Source: Flaccisagitta enflata
Lineage: Eukaryota
Direction: 5' to 3'
Assembly (NCBI GenBank): GCA_965153355.1
Contig: OZ231126.1
Span: forward strand, 11,780,001-11,844,000
Length of the DNA stretch: 64,000 nucleotides
This document shows positions 1 through 15,039 of this stretch, piece after piece. Position 1 is the stretch's first letter, and each line of letters begins with the position of its first letter. The position numbers and the translations under genes are program-made. The notes under the pieces are model-generated. The model saw only the letters and a program-made list of their open reading frames with translations. It was not told where the DNA came from and ran no database searches.

Positions 1-289
1 GACCGGTCATTTAGTCTTTGGGTCTATATCATACAAAGAAAATATGATATCACACTCAAGAGGTAGGAAAATGTCGCAACGCTAGATTCTCCCTTTGGTG
101 GAATTTCCCAAAGAGGTTTTTGCTATTTCCATCTTGTTTCTGGACTTAGAATCGGTTCAAGCATGTCGATAGGTACCTTAGCTATTCCCCCACTGGTGTA
201 AAGGATGGAGGGAACAAAACGGAAAAGATTTAAGTGTGTTTTACACCTAAAAACTTGATGAAAAAATTGTTTTGTGATCGTCAACACTG
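1..289 (-). mobile_element. End of a DNA transposon (CAGTGTTGAC terminus), same family as 35071-; runs off the left edge
   Basis: 1-289 is the reverse complement of 35071-35359. It ends ...TCAACACTG at 289 inside a small repeat that is uninterrupted in the paralogous copy near 41175. Confidence 0.7.
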
Positions 290-1162
290 CGACTTATAGA
301 GTCGCGTGTCCGCGACTAAAAACCGAATAAAAGTTTATCCGTTTTCCGAAGCGGGAAGCTAGAACTAGAAGCCAGAATGCGGAAAACTTTAATGTTGATG
401 TCAACAACTTGTTAACTTTGTCACAGTGTTAGGGACAAACGGACTGAGAGTCCGACCAACGGACGAAAAGGCTGATCAACGGATAGACCAACGAAAAGAC
501 CTGACTTAAGAAGTCGCATTAAGCTAAATACTAAATGAGGGCGCCTCTTAACTTTTGGGTCACGTCACGATCATTTCTCAAACAATCACAGTCCGAAAGA
601 ATCAATTGATATTGTAAACATCTTTCCTACGTCATGAAATTACGAGAAGGAAAATAGGAAAAAGACTATTTCAACAACGGTAACAATTTTTTGAATAACC
701 GGTTTTTGCATTATAACCCCTGCCTCTCCGCAGGTTGTTCTATAAAATATGTGCTTGGTTTACCAACCTCTCACAATGATGCGCTGTCATGTTCGTTTAC
801 AATGAATATCTATTCAAACCGCAAAAAGTGAGGGTAATGTTATTGAGGCATGAAGCTATTTCGCAGGAGCACCGGTTACATATATAAACATTAACCAGCT
901 CCCTGTACGTACCAACCTAGACTTACTTAGTCGCCTGCGGATGGGCAGATGTAGTGATGATATATGTGAATCAAGCATTTGGATATATTTAACGATATGT
1001 TCACAACCCTTAACAGCCAAATGATCTGCTTTGGTTGCTATACTTCATATGATCATATCATACATCTGGGATCGACCGACAGACGGACACAGCCTATTAC
1101 AGAGATGCGAGGACGCATCTAAAAATCACCCACGTCTCTGTCTTAAGTATTGCCATTGGATC

Positions 1163-1343
1163 ATGAACTCGCCTCAAGTTCATCGTCCTCGTCGTCGTCT
1201 TAATCTGAGTCGTCGTCCTCCGTTAATGCGAAGTTTTTCGTCATTCTTTGTTCCTATGCTGCTGAGCAATTTCGTCTCGGTTGCTCTGATGAAGGATGCT
1301 TCCACGAAGAAGTTTGCAGTAATTGTGGATGCAGGAAGCTCGG
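1163..1343 (+). CDS. Duplicated first coding exon of the NTPDase (signal-like segment plus ACR1 VIVDAGSSG); no clear downstream exons in this copy
   Basis: 181 nt from ATG to the GTATGT donor, the same length as 42036-42216. One amino-acid difference (VSVAL vs VSGAL). Confidence 0.75.
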
Positions 1344-1356
1344 GTATGTGACATTC

Positions 1357-1360
<4 letters not shown>

Positions 1361-1445
<85 letters not shown>
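1361..1445. repeat. (CA)n microsatellite
   Basis: Direct reading; its counterpart at 42233-42410 is longer. Confidence 0.98.
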
Positions 1446-1449
<4 letters not shown>

Positions 1450-2435
1450 AGGATAACTATATATCTAAGAAACATAGAACCGACACCACACCCACTATTA
1501 CAAGAAAACCAAATTGCCAAAGCCGCGATCAACGGCGCGCGGGTACCATATATATGAAAAGTAACGAGTCCGCGTTTTATGAGATAGTAATGTGCTTGAC
1601 AACATTACTACTCAACCCTACTTTAATAAAGGATGAGCCTTTTATTTCATTGCGTTTAATCTGATCTATCACACCATCTCAAATTTCAAAAACACTAATA
1701 GCAATATATCCCTTAAAATGTTTAATCGATATGAACAAAGTTACCCAAAATTGTTTCAAGGTGTGGAATATGTCCCTTTACATAACCAACCAAAAAATTT
1801 TTGATTGTCTTCAAAAAAAATAGTTACTTAAAAAACTGCAACATGCTATTTTACATTTACACATTAAAATTACTCAATGACATCCCCATCCCCAAACTTT
1901 TATATATAGTAGTCCATTTATATATTGTGATGTCTCTAGTAATTTATATTCATTTCATCACGCTTTATGGGACAAAATTTTATTAAATATAAAATGATTT
2001 AATTTTAAGGTTGCTTTTGTGTAATATGACTAGAAAACTTACATCTCAACCCAATTTTTGTAATAGTATCTGATGATAGACAGATGTCCCCATAATTTAT
2101 ACATATCCGATACAAAGCTTGCTAATGTGACCTGGTTTAAAAATGGCAAAAATGATTTTGAATTTTTGGTTGTTTTGGGGTGTAATGCATATTGAACGAC
2201 ATCCTATCCCCCCAAATTCTTTTTAAAAAGAAAATAGTCCAATGATAGACAGATGTCCCCTGTAATTTATCATTTCACACTTATTAATAAAATTTTTGTT
2301 TAAAATGGAAAAAAATGTGGACATGAATTTTTAGTTGTTTTAAAGGTAACTCATATTAAAGACATCCCTATCCCATCCCCATCCTAATTTTTTTGTAAGA
2401 TGTTCAATGATATATAGACATGTCCATTATTAGAA

Positions 2436-5400
2436 TGTGATGTTCAACTGCCTTTTGTAAGTTTTATTTTTTGTTTTTATTCTACTGATCTTGATGTTGT
2501 GTTTTGTTTGCCACTTATATTGAACGCCCAGATGGGCAACCAGCGAGTACAGCTCTGATTTTTGTGCCGCTACACGAGCAAAACATCACGCAACTCGCTT
2601 TTCGATCATCCAATTTTGGATTGATTGATTTTATTTATCTACGGCATTGCTTCTTAAAGTGATCGATTGACCTTTCGCGATCGTTTGAATGCGCCCTTGG
2701 AATTTACTAATTTCAACAATTTCTCATCTTTTATTGCAGATAACCCAATGAACGGACAATTAACGCTAGACTGACATCGACAGACTGAAGGTTGAAACTA
2801 ACAAAAGTAATCCTAAAAGTAAGTTTTATAGACGCCGTTTTTGCTTTTAGTAATTCAGCGGATTCTGTCTCCTGTTCATTATTTTTGTCACCTTTTGCAT
2901 TTTGTGATTTCGCTTCAGATTTTAGTATATTTTACTCACTATCTGATCAAATATTATGTAATATGATAACCTTAATGATAATGGTAGTAAGTATAATATC
3001 AGCACAATTTAAACTAAGATTAACATATCATGTGCTGTTTTGTCTTATTATCTCATTCCATGATTGATAAAGATCTTTTGCGCTTTGTTGATCATAATTA
3101 ACACCACTACTGCTGTTAAATTTTATGAACAAACGACACATCATCATTTCTAATTCACTTTTTTTCACCATGAAAATATTACTGAGACGCTCAGACATAG
3201 CTGGTTGAATTTTAAAGTAGAACTATATTTAACAATGAAAACCATCATCTTTTTTATCCACTTCCAACGAATGATAAAAAAATATGACCTAACATCGCTT
3301 CTTTACTCATTTAACACATCTGCAGAGATCTATCAATTTAACTAGTATCTTATATTTAATCTCACAGCATTAGTAACTGATAACATTGTAAATGAGATGT
3401 TGTGCTTGAATACTAAAAGTTTATTTGGTACCATAATTAATGACTTAATATCACGTGAACTGATGCGTTTCGATTCAGACGCTTCGGGATAACACTTATC
3501 GACAACTTCATCATAACACTAACATACCGACTCGATGCTCCGATCTCTCTTCATTCGCGCCCTTCGCGCTTAACCACAAAATGATCATGTTGATCGTAGT
3601 GTAATCATCCAGAGTGGTTCAATCGTTGGCGTGATCGTGAACTGAAAATAAACATACGGGAAAATGCAAAAATGTTCACAACTAATTTTCTTCTATGAAC
3701 AGTTCAACTTCTCATATCACCTTACGCTTGCAGGATACATTTAAGATACCTTGATCTAATGATGCAACGCTTCATACAAAACTTTATTTAGATCCTAAAG
3801 ATTTCCTTCACTACTCTGTCTAAGTGATATGGTAAGTGCATTCTTTACATATTAACTTTAACCTGCCGCCTCATCCAGCATATATCAATCAATGGTACAG
3901 ATTTTGGTCCCAGAACTGAATCCCGCGCGTATGCTCTTCCAATGATAGTTGACTGCTACACGCCAGTGGATCTCACGCTCGACGCTTCCGCCAGCAAGAT
4001 AGCCGGCGATCATCAACGATTGACGCCCCGCAGGAGAGGCGCAGGCGACGCTCGCTAACAGGAGTAATGAGGCACATGATGCAGTGCCGAGGATGAAACT
4101 TTGGCGCTTCGCTGTTGACTAACGATATGCATAACAACGGGAGTACAGCTATGAGAGCACCAGATGTAAGAAAGAGCAAAGACACTGCAGACAGCAGCAG
4201 TAACCCAACAATGAACGCTAACTCAATGACTATGATAAAGAAAGAACACCGCTCAATTATATAATATTAAAGTTAAAGAAAAGAAAGAAATATAATCTTA
4301 ATGACTTGTCAATAAGATCAGTAAATAACATCAGATCCAGAGCCAAACAACAACTCAGGCTATCAACAGCAACAACACGCTTCCAAACAAAAGTATAAAC
4401 ACATAACAACAACAACAACCAAATATAAATACTAACATAACAGAGTAGCACAGTGAACTTTCCTGCACCTGCAGAGAAGATCTCTGAGCTAAATGATCTG
4501 ATCTTGTTAAAGCATGAACAGTGAGAGACGGAAGAAGATATACAACGCTTACAGATCAACGTGGCTGCATATAGCTTAGCTGCATGTGTGTAATAGCAAC
4601 AGCCTTAAATACATACATCAAAAACATTAATTCCAATAGCTAGTTTCAACACATGAATAATGTATTATACCATTAAGAACAACTTTGTTGTATAAGTAAA
4701 TTAAAATTAGATAAAATATGAATTATTCAACAACACAAGAAGAATGTTAAAATGAGTACTGAAGAGCCTGAACTGATTTGCTGCATTGGTAGCTTTAGAA
4801 CGCGATGCGTTTAGGCAACCGTTCAGAGCTGAACAGCAGTGCAGCCGCATATCCTACTTAAAAGACCGCTACGATCTATCTTCTTCAGAAACTTTGACCC
4901 GGGATTATCTGACCGAATACAGAATACAAAACGCTGCAGTCAGTGGAAACGCCCGTCGCTGTTTTAATATAAAGAGCAACAATGTATGTTATATATGACA
5001 CCAGCGCTCAACTGCAGCAGAATTAACAGCAACAGTAAATTCTGACTACATAACAAGAAACAATTGATCAACAGTATATATAACTGGCTTTAATAACTAA
5101 CAGCATCAAGATTCTGGCATCACTGCTCCTCAGCACAACACTTCACTGCACCGATGATCGCTTATAGCAGACTACTCAGATGAGACTGGTTTTTCCCCAT
5201 CAAGAGGAAAAGGCCTTCAACATAGCTATGATAAGATAACTAATGGATATGTGATAGCTTATATATCATGACGCAATAACAACAGTTTTAAAGACAAAGA
5301 AGAGCATATATATAATATACCGTCTAAGAATATTTAACCCACGATTAGCCGGTTATAAAGAGCTAAGGCTCAGAATCACTCATGAAGTTTTATCAAAGAG

Positions 5401-8400
5401 AATCAACGCAAAAATAGAATGGATAGTTTGAAGATGCAGCAGATTCAGCAGAGAGATTCTACATCTAAGTAAAGATATAAAATAAAAACAACTAAAAGAA
5501 GAACAACAATTATGATTAGACAACCATTCAAGATTTTGATATCTTTACTTCATCAAGATGATCGAGTCAACAACAAGTAACTTGTTAAGATGAATGGTGG
5601 ATGTTAAAAAACCACCAAAAGAGACCTCGTGAAACAGTCACGTCTTAACAACCCTGTCAGATCATCATGGCGACTGATTAACAGCCTTTGGCCAATCGGA
5701 GAGGTCCAACCCAGATGCCCAATAACCAGTCGACAGGTTTTTGAAAGAGCTGACAGACAATGATCTCAGCTGGTACGCGATGTCACCTTCAAAATGTTGA
5801 GAAGACACTTAAATTTCTAGATTTTTATCCAACCAGGGGACTTTATGATGTAGAAGATAGCTGCAGATGATAGCATAATATTGAAGGCTAAACTGACATC
5901 TATTGAATTTAAGTGGTTTATGTTAATATCCACAAAGAGATCATTGAACCGCGACGACATGACGCACCGCTTTAAGAGCAAGATGAGATTGACGACGTGG
6001 CTTCAGAAAAAATGACATGGTGGCAAACAATATTCGCGCGTTGTTCAATCAAATCGCCGCGGGCTAAGATCCAGTCGGCCGTGACTGCGTAGAAGTATTT
6101 TCTTAATTTAAATATATTATAAAACAAAGAAGATCAAGACTCAGAGGAGTGTGGCAACACGTATATGATTTAGCTAACAGGATGATCCTTCAACAAGAGG
6201 GTCCTCTATCTCAGGTGATAAATTTCAGAGTGGCAAACATAATAGCCTGAATGTAGACTGAGCTATCTGACAACTAATGGGACATGACTATGATGCGTGA
6301 TTCACAATGCAAAGTTAAAACAGCGATCAGGAGAGCAGTTGAACAGAAAGAAAGCATCATCATATGCGGAAGATGTTCGACTAATATATAAAGACGTCGA
6401 CGATCAACACTCGGTGAATGTATCAAACGGAAAATCATCAACTGCTGATGAAACACGCTTATCTCAAAAGATCATATCTGCTTGCTCTTAGCTTCCCCAC
6501 CCGTTCTGCGCCAGACATCAACGCATATATCCCACTTTTGTTAAAACTTGTGTTACTACATGACGATCTTCTCCTACCACACTTAATAAGAAAGATAAAT
6601 ATAATAAAAGGAGAAAACACAGGAAATAAAGTAACAATGCCTTCAAAGTCAGAGGATGAGTTATATATATCAACAGCTCCACGAATATTTGATAGCCAAT
6701 CCAACTTAGAAATCATCTCCACCACATTAAAGATGATCTGATAAGATTATAACCATCTGTCTTCATTCGGATGATCGCTATCTCATCCATCGCGCTCCAG
6801 TGATCATTTCGCCACGCCAAAAAGCGAGGACGACATATGCTATGATCGACTCCAGATGCCGATCGCGACGATTATAATTGTGTCATTTAACTTGATCTAA
6901 CAAAACGCAAATGACGGTGATTACTCATAGTTGTTGAGATCGTTTCATCGCATCATCTTACCATAAATCATTTGAGATAATACACATAATGCTTAATGCC
7001 ACTGGTAAGGATTTCCAGCTGACCCAGCTTAACATGATATTCCTTTTTTCCTGTAATTTATCTACCAACTCACATCAGTGCTGAAAATTTAGTGCTGAAG
7101 GCGTGATTATTGATCACGATGTTATGACGCCGTTGTCGCTGCTGAAAACCGGTTTATAACTGCGACTTTTGCAGATCGCTTCAGATGTCAGCTTCCCGTT
7201 GACGGCACAGTGGAAAACGGAAAAGAGGTGACCAAGCAATATATTATCAATCACAATGCACGATGATCATGGCCCTAACTCCAGATAAACATCACCATCC
7301 CTCGGCAATCGCTTGGCCCTCAATAAAGCAACATCACCAAGAGATCTTCTACCATGACTTTGCATCATCAATCGCCCACATGATGGTTACATACATTTAA
7401 AGTAACTTCTTGAAAATGCTTGTGACGCAAACTTAGAGATATGTTATTTCACGCTTTTGTCCACCAGAAAGCACTTTGTTCTTCGCTGGAAACATCATAG
7501 CACCGTGAGATCTCTGAGGTTATGAAATCACGACTGATCGCTGGATATTTAATTTCGAATCAACGCCGTCGCCGATCCGCGCATTTTTGAAATAAAGTTA
7601 TATCTTCCCATGAAATTGAGAAACTTACCAGACGGATATGTGATTGAGATTTGATAACGCTTATTTGACACACGCGCTGAGAAATAACATTACATTTTGC
7701 TTGCTTATTAATGCCTAGAATTGTAAATGTTATGTCATTTAATGTATGTGGTACTGATAGACCTCACTCCAACTTGCTGTTTGAGTATTCAACTCTGGAT
7801 TAACAGCCTGACGATCCTCATAGTTATTATGAAGATCGTCCCTTGAGGTGATAGTTTCCACTCAACCACCATCCCGACGACGCTGATCTGTTCAGATTCT
7901 TTTGCTCCAGACCGTATCAACAGTAATATCTTTGACCTGTTTCTACTTACTTATATTAATCCAGCTTTATTCACACGCACTCAGAAAGCATGCTAGTGAA
8001 CTCAGCTCGGCATTCACAACGCTGACGGCACTTACTGTTTATCGCCGTCGATCGACGGTAGGTGTGATCTGGTCGACAGCGACCGCAGTTAGCGGTGATG
8101 CACACGACAACTGGTTGCGGACGATCTTTGTGAAGTGGAGCATTTCGCATAAGAACCGATGGATGAGATCCGACCGCATAATCTCTGATTCTGATATAAG
8201 ATATACTTAGAATTGACAAATACATGCCTTGATATCAAGTGAAGACGTCATTATCTAAGATTTAATAACTAAAACTTAGATAAAAAACACTTAATACTGG
8301 CTCCCATGTCAAAACTTTATGACCTATTGCACTTTATTTAGCTATGATATCACAGATCGACACCTTAACTTGTCGTCCACAGGAAGGATGGGATCTTTGT

Positions 8401-11400
8401 CTTTAAGAAAGTAAACATGAACTCTTTTCGTTTCTTAGCTACATCTCATCTTAAATTTCTATCATGGTCATCAATTTGACCACAGAATATAAGTACTGGA
8501 CTAATAGTGTTTTAATAATAATTATGAAATAAATAATGGAGGATCTTCTATATGTCTAAAATATGATATGAAGCAGTTAGTATATCAGACGCACACACCC
8601 GGATATATGGACGTGAGATATTGTTAACATTTATCATCGCTTCACCCCAACGCTTGTTCCATCTAATCCAAAACGTATGTCTTCATCATAACAGCGCTTC
8701 AACGCCGAGATTGTAATCCAGGTAAGCAAGAGTCGGAAACGAAGTATGAATAAACGACATCAACTCAGACAATTTTGCGCTGATTGGTTCCTTATTCTAA
8801 TCAACAAAGATGATTATGAATCCGCAACTAGGTCGTATTTTTCGCTAATCTGCCTTCAAATATCCATGGTTCGATCCTTTCAACAAAAAGCGCTGGCATC
8901 ATTAACACCTGGTGACCTCACTGCAGCAGAGTATTCAGCCCATGAGGCCGAAATACTGACCCCATCATGTCCCAGCATTTTTACGTTTCCCTGGATCAAT
9001 GGCCAAAGACGAACACTAACGCCTGTTTCTTAATGTCACATTTGTATGTGGGCTGAGTAAAAGAAACCATAATGACGTTGATACTTTTTATAAAGAGCTT
9101 CTCAAGAATGATTTATATAGATCATCACATATCTATCACATTGTAAGAGGAGCTTTACCTATAATAAGATCTATGACAAAATGATCTCTCTTTCCTGAAC
9201 CGTGAGGTGACTGTTGATCTTGCAGATATGCAACAAACGCTGGTCGGTAGCATCACAATTATTCAGATCGCTCAACAATGATGTGAAAGTTCGCTTAAAC
9301 AGTTTCGCGACTCATCAGCTTCGAAACAAGAGATGAATATCCTTCGCCGATCACGACGGTATCATTCACACAGTCATTTAGAAAACGCTTCACATCGCAT
9401 GACAAATTTCATCCCATGTTAAAAGACTAGAATAAACATTGATTCACATTTACCATCAATGATTTTCATGTGGTAAAGATACATTGTAAAGCAATTATTG
9501 CTTTAGGATTACAAAATACTTTTCTATTCACATTTCAGATAAAAGAACTTGAAAAGAACCCAACTATAATACTAATTTGATCAAACTGTAACACCCCTGC
9601 CTTGATAGATCTGGACTGACACGGCACGATAAACAGATGAACGGGCGCGATCGCTAGCAGTGGATCGAGCGTTCATCTGCTCTCGCGTCACGCCGTCCAT
9701 GAACACCGCCGTAAATTTGCGCGATGGTAACGCAATCATCCACGTGTTAAGATCGCCAGAATCATTGCCAGGATTAATATGGACGCAATCTAGTAGGCTA
9801 GGACACATCCTCAATGAAATGAATGGAACCGCTCATTAACTCTCTTAATTATGAAATGTGGTGGCTTTCAAAGATTTTTTAACACGCTGAGAACACCCTT
9901 ACTCATGGAGGTGAGAGAATCACTTTTGAGTTGCCATCTTATTTCCATCTCGACTTCAGATGATCCACGCTCACGCTCTTTCAACACTCACATTGTTGAG
10001 TTAATTTCAACTTTCAAACTTTCTGATTAGATGCCACAGTGATATTCAATGAGACTTGAGGCCTTTATACCAATCAGACCTTTGACCTGACTGATGATCC
10101 TAATGCCTCTGGATCTGGTGCAACACACACAACTCCTGACGCCCATCATACATCCACGACAGCATGACCATGCAGACGCACTTTAAACTTGAGGCCTAAT
10201 ACTTAATATTTACCAACAAATGGTCGATCTGAGAAAGACTTTATGTGATTATACTTGGTCATCACATGATCAAACACGCTTGCCACAATTGCTTATGACG
10301 TCATAACAAACAGCGCTTCAGGTTCGCTAGCCCATGTCCGATAATTAAGATCCACACATATTTAAGATCGTTACGTTGACTCGTGATTTGGTTACGTATG
10401 GTTTTCAACGACTCAAATCAAGTTTCTGAGATATATAGTAGCAACATGGCCTGTCATTAATAACTGATGATGATGACAACCTGACTGTTATAATTTGGAT
10501 AAAATATTAATATTCATATTTATTCTGATTATCCATATTATCTTTCCTTCATCAATTATAATCTTAATTTTACCTTAACAATTTACTGGATTCATCCCGT
10601 TCATTATTGAAGAACTGTCACTTCTGATTGCATTATCAGTCTATATCATAAACATTTCTAAAGCTTCCGCTGACGACGGCCATTCCATTCAATATTCAGC
10701 TTACATCTGAGTCGCCGCCGAGTCAAGATCCCGCCAGCAGCGCCTTCAGCATAGCTTCGCCGTCACGCCGTGACGGATCTTGATCATCACTCTTTTCACG
10801 ACGGTCGATCCAGAGGGATCATCCACGACGTCGCTCACAGATGATGATAGTTTGTCACACGACAGCTTCAACGGTTTAATCTTCTGCCCGTCAGAGACGC
10901 GTATCGGCTTAACAGTGCGTCAACGCATGATGCTAACGCCAACAGCCATCCGTTAACGCCGGCGATCCTGCTGTCGCTTCCTCCATTGGTGGTCATCAAA
11001 GACGCGGAGGTTCGATAATGATTGATCAATCAACGCCACGCGATCATTCACCACTTCACGCGCGCTCATCATCGATCGGATTTTGAGCTCATCGCTTGAG
11101 CCTTGTATTAGACTTTGCCGCTCACACTCTTTGTAGATTTGGCGCTGCAGCTGAGACATCACCCAAAGTGGCAAGATATATAGATTGGTCAATGATATAA
11201 GATGAGGAGGAGGGATGGAAATTGGAGGAGGAGGAAACAGAATGGGGAGGTAAGATGAGAAAGATGATTGATCCCGGAAGTGGATACTGCGACGCTCGGG
11301 AAGAGAAACACTCAACCAAGATAGGCGCCACAGGGTATCGTATCAGTCCGACTAAGTATCTTCTTCAGCTTAAAACTTTACAGCTGCAACAGAACAAACT

Positions 11401-14350
11401 CTTACATTCATCACAATCAAACGAGCTTTATTTTGAGACTCTGGAGCGCATAATCCAAAGAAAGAAAAGAAGTAGTGAGTATGATAATGAGGTTCGTCTT
11501 ATGGTCCAGGCGATTAAGAGGAATAATGCAAATCTGAAGCCTTTTGGAGTAACTTCCATTGACGCTTCCACAACTCCACCAGCGATATTTGTTCTGATCG
11601 CAGCAACAGCTACATCAGCGGCGATCCACTCCACAGCATCAGGAAGCCGTCAATCGCGCCCTCGCTGGTTCATCCCCAACCGCAATATCCCGTGACGTTA
11701 GTCCCCACAACAGTCAATCACGCTGGGAAAGACCCACAACGCTAATGGGGCAAAGCTTGAGTCAACAAAAATATGCCGAACTTGTGTGTTGTAGTTATCT
11801 CTTCAGCTCATGCTATAGTGAGACTTCAAAGTTATGAGAAAGTTATGTTCTGTTGATTTAATGGACATAGCAACTCCGAAGTTTTGACTAGTGTCAAATG
11901 ATAATGAAGACAAGAGAATAAATAGCTTAATAAAGAAAGAACCATGATATGTAAGAAAAGAAATGACTATGTATACTTAAGTAACCATTTTGGTTAAACC
12001 TGTCTTAATAAGAGACGGATGTTTTCTTACTTCCTTAAAAGATACCAAAAGTTAAGAGTAGTTAACTGATATGTTTGAAGATCTGTAAGTTAGAATACTG
12101 TGTTAAAACTTCTGAATTACTTCATGTTCATAGTAAGAACTACTGCTTGATCCAGAGCCTTTTGATCCTGCGACAGACACCACATCGCCAAACAATGTTG
12201 GTAGCTTTACGATCCCTTAAAACAACAAAGGTGTAACGCATCAAGGTTACCCAAGACTTCTTCATGTTATCACGCGCTCAACGAAATAGCGGCTCGCTTG
12301 CGCTCAGACGAGATCTTCATCGGCAGAGAGACGATGTTTCTCGCTTATATACCATGAAATGAGGTATTGTATAATATTATCAGGAACTGAGAATATTTAA
12401 ATGATAATATATTAAAAGATAAGCTTTATTGTTATAGTGTTGAATCATGGCTATATTTACAGACTTAAAAATCATGGTCCATATGTCTACTGACTGAGCT
12501 GAACTGAGAGCTTACATCTCTCACCTCCTCTTCTTTTCCAGCAGAAAAATATCAGTGTGATCCTGGTTGTGAAAAGATTTTTCCTCCTGCTTGAACACAA
12601 TAAAATCAAACAGGCTTCAGAAACCAGGTGACCGCCAGCTAAACGCCGATTGCTACCCAGTTGCGCCCACTTAACTGGCAATACTGACTGCAAGATGGCG
12701 TGGGAGAGTGGCCACGCACTAGCTGAGGATCGACTCCACTCCTCATCACACTCATCCCCATCGTGGATGGACAGGCTAATGTTTGAAGTACCATGAATTA
12801 TCACTGGTCATGAAAACACAGTAAGTACTGTTTAAAGAGGTTGATATATGAATTTGAATCTAAAATGATAAGAACTTTACTAATTAATCTGCCTTTACTT
12901 TTCTTTTTCTTCAGACATTCACCAGATCGCTTTCACCACCTGCGCCTTTTCTGATGGTCGCCGTCGACCATCACTGATCACTACACGAGCGATCAAATGA
13001 TTTGAATGACTCAGCTGCCTCAACGTAGAGTGTAATATGTATAATATATATAATAGTATGCATATCACTCCATGACGTTATACTTAATTTTTTTCATTTA
13101 ACAGATTCATGATCATAAAGGTTATGGGACACTATTTATCTATCTGTTTTATTTTAATTCTTTGAACATAACACTTTTATAGTTTATTTTAGATATTAAT
13201 TTAATATTATTTTAATACTAATGACATGTTTATATATGCCCTACTTTATCTTTTCCACCCGCCAACCTACGCTGAGAGCCCAGCCCGCCTCTTTCTCCTT
13301 TAACTTTTTTCAGAACGCGCTCAACCTTCCGTCGCTGGCCTCGCCTCCATCCGCTGCTGCCATTGATCGCAAACACAGAAGATCCTTCTGATGAACTTCA
13401 CTTAGTCAGGCAGCCATTATCATGATACTGTGTGTGTGATAAGATGACTTATAAATAACCATAAACTTTTATTAAATATAATACGTTCTTCAGTAGCTTC
13501 CTGATTGGAAACTAGTGTGATTTTGAATCAGAGACCCCAAAATAGGCAGAATACAGAAATGTATGACTGTCCCTGTGTGTGCCTTCTGTCTCTTTTATGT
13601 TTTTACGCTTTCTACTATCTGATGCTGTGTTTTATTTCTTTGCCATTTTTATGAATCAGCCAGATGGCAACCATATACAGCTTCCTGATTTGTACATCAG
13701 ATACATTACGAAAATATATGCACTGTCTTTTCAATTGTCCGACTTCTTGGATTGACTGATTAGTTGTTTTTACTTGCATCAGCTTGAAGGATTGATTGAT
13801 TTTAAGTGATCGCTTAACAGTGGCCTTTGAATCACTAATTAATAACTTCATTCTTTTTATTGCAGATGAAACTAAGACTGAACGGATAATTGACCCATGA
13901 CTTGATATCGACAGACCGTGGGTTGAACCAACGCAAAGCGCCGCGCTGGTAGACGCGTTTTTGCTTTAGTAACGTTGCAGAGCTTACTTCCTTGTCCTCC
14001 GGTCTACATATTTTGCCCTTGCACGTGGATCATTTGATTTTAGTATGGTACGACGCTTATTTGATCGGCTTGCATAGGATGATATGATGAATTTAATGGA
14101 TGTAATATGTATTATCAGGTGAGTATTTGGGAATATTATTTAACATGTTGTCGTTGTTTTTTATCTTTATTGTGTCCATCTTCGATTTCATGTTATCTGC
14201 GCTTGCTGATCACAATTAACGCCACTTTTCTTCATTTTTCTTCTTCTTAATAATAAACTTTATGGAATAAACGCAGATGACGCCTTCATTTCCTAACCCA
14301 CAATCTCTTCTTTCACCACAAGTCGTCGTCAGACAGACGCCACAGATGCG
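2436..14350 (+). mobile_element. BEL/Pao LTR retrotransposon copy 1, heavily degraded or garbled; putative LTRs ~2436-3200 and ~13560-14350
   Basis: Colinear anchors with copy 2: CCCCATCAAGAGGAAAAGG 5196/23311; ATGAACGGGCG 9637/28090; CCCATGTCCG 10331/28847. The ~800-bp segment at 2436 recurs at 13560 and 20314, and the host repeat array resumes after 14350. Confidence 0.75.
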
Positions 14351-15039
14351 CTGAAGGATGTAATGAATCTTATATCCAAGAAAAATCAATCATTTTTACC
14401 TAAGCATAAAATGTTATTAAAACAAAAGATTTTTGAACTTTACTGTTTTTTGGGGGTGGACCTATCCCCACTCTCATCCCCACCCAAATCATATACAACA
14501 TCCAATAAAAAACTGTATTCATTTTTTCATGCTTTTAAAAATTTTCAAATGATTTTTAACTGTTGTTTTTTGGTGGAACTATATGGAAAATTCTGATTTC
14601 AGCTATGGATGTTAGTGAGATACACAATGGGAAGATCAGATAGGTAGGAGGAATGTGGTTTTAGACCATGACCTGGTACCTTTTTATTACTTGCATTTCA
14701 CAAATATTGATAATCATGGTTTTTTAAGCAGTTGTTTGTATCTGAAGTATTTGCTTTCTTGACAATGGCACATGGAATTTTTATATTAAGATACAAGATA
14801 AGCATTAAAATGAACTTGCAGAGCCCAGCATTTTATTCATTTTGTTTTTTGTTAAATATAATGTAAATGTCCAGTTTATACTTAATGACATTCCTTATCC
14901 TAAATTTTTTTGTAAGTAGATAATCTTATGATATAGATGTTCAAGAAACATAATTCATTTTATCACGCTTAGGCATTAATAATTTTGTTTAATCAGGCAC
15001 GTGATTTTTTGACCTCTTAAGTTGTTTTGAGATACTTAC

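Larger units (their letters stand above)
290..1560 (+). repeat. Near-identical duplicate of the NTPDase upstream region, exon 1 and start of intron 1 (41175-42530)
   Basis: Colinear, near base-for-base match, e.g. GTCGCGTGTCCGCGACTAAAAACCGAATAAAAG at 301 and 41182. The match continues through the CA tract and fades at ~1540. Confidence 0.95.

Noticed and set aside
3903-3925. TTGGTCCCAGAACTGAATCC as a BEL tRNA-Tyr primer-binding site
   Set aside because: It is ~700 bp inside the element and not conserved in the cleaner copy 2.
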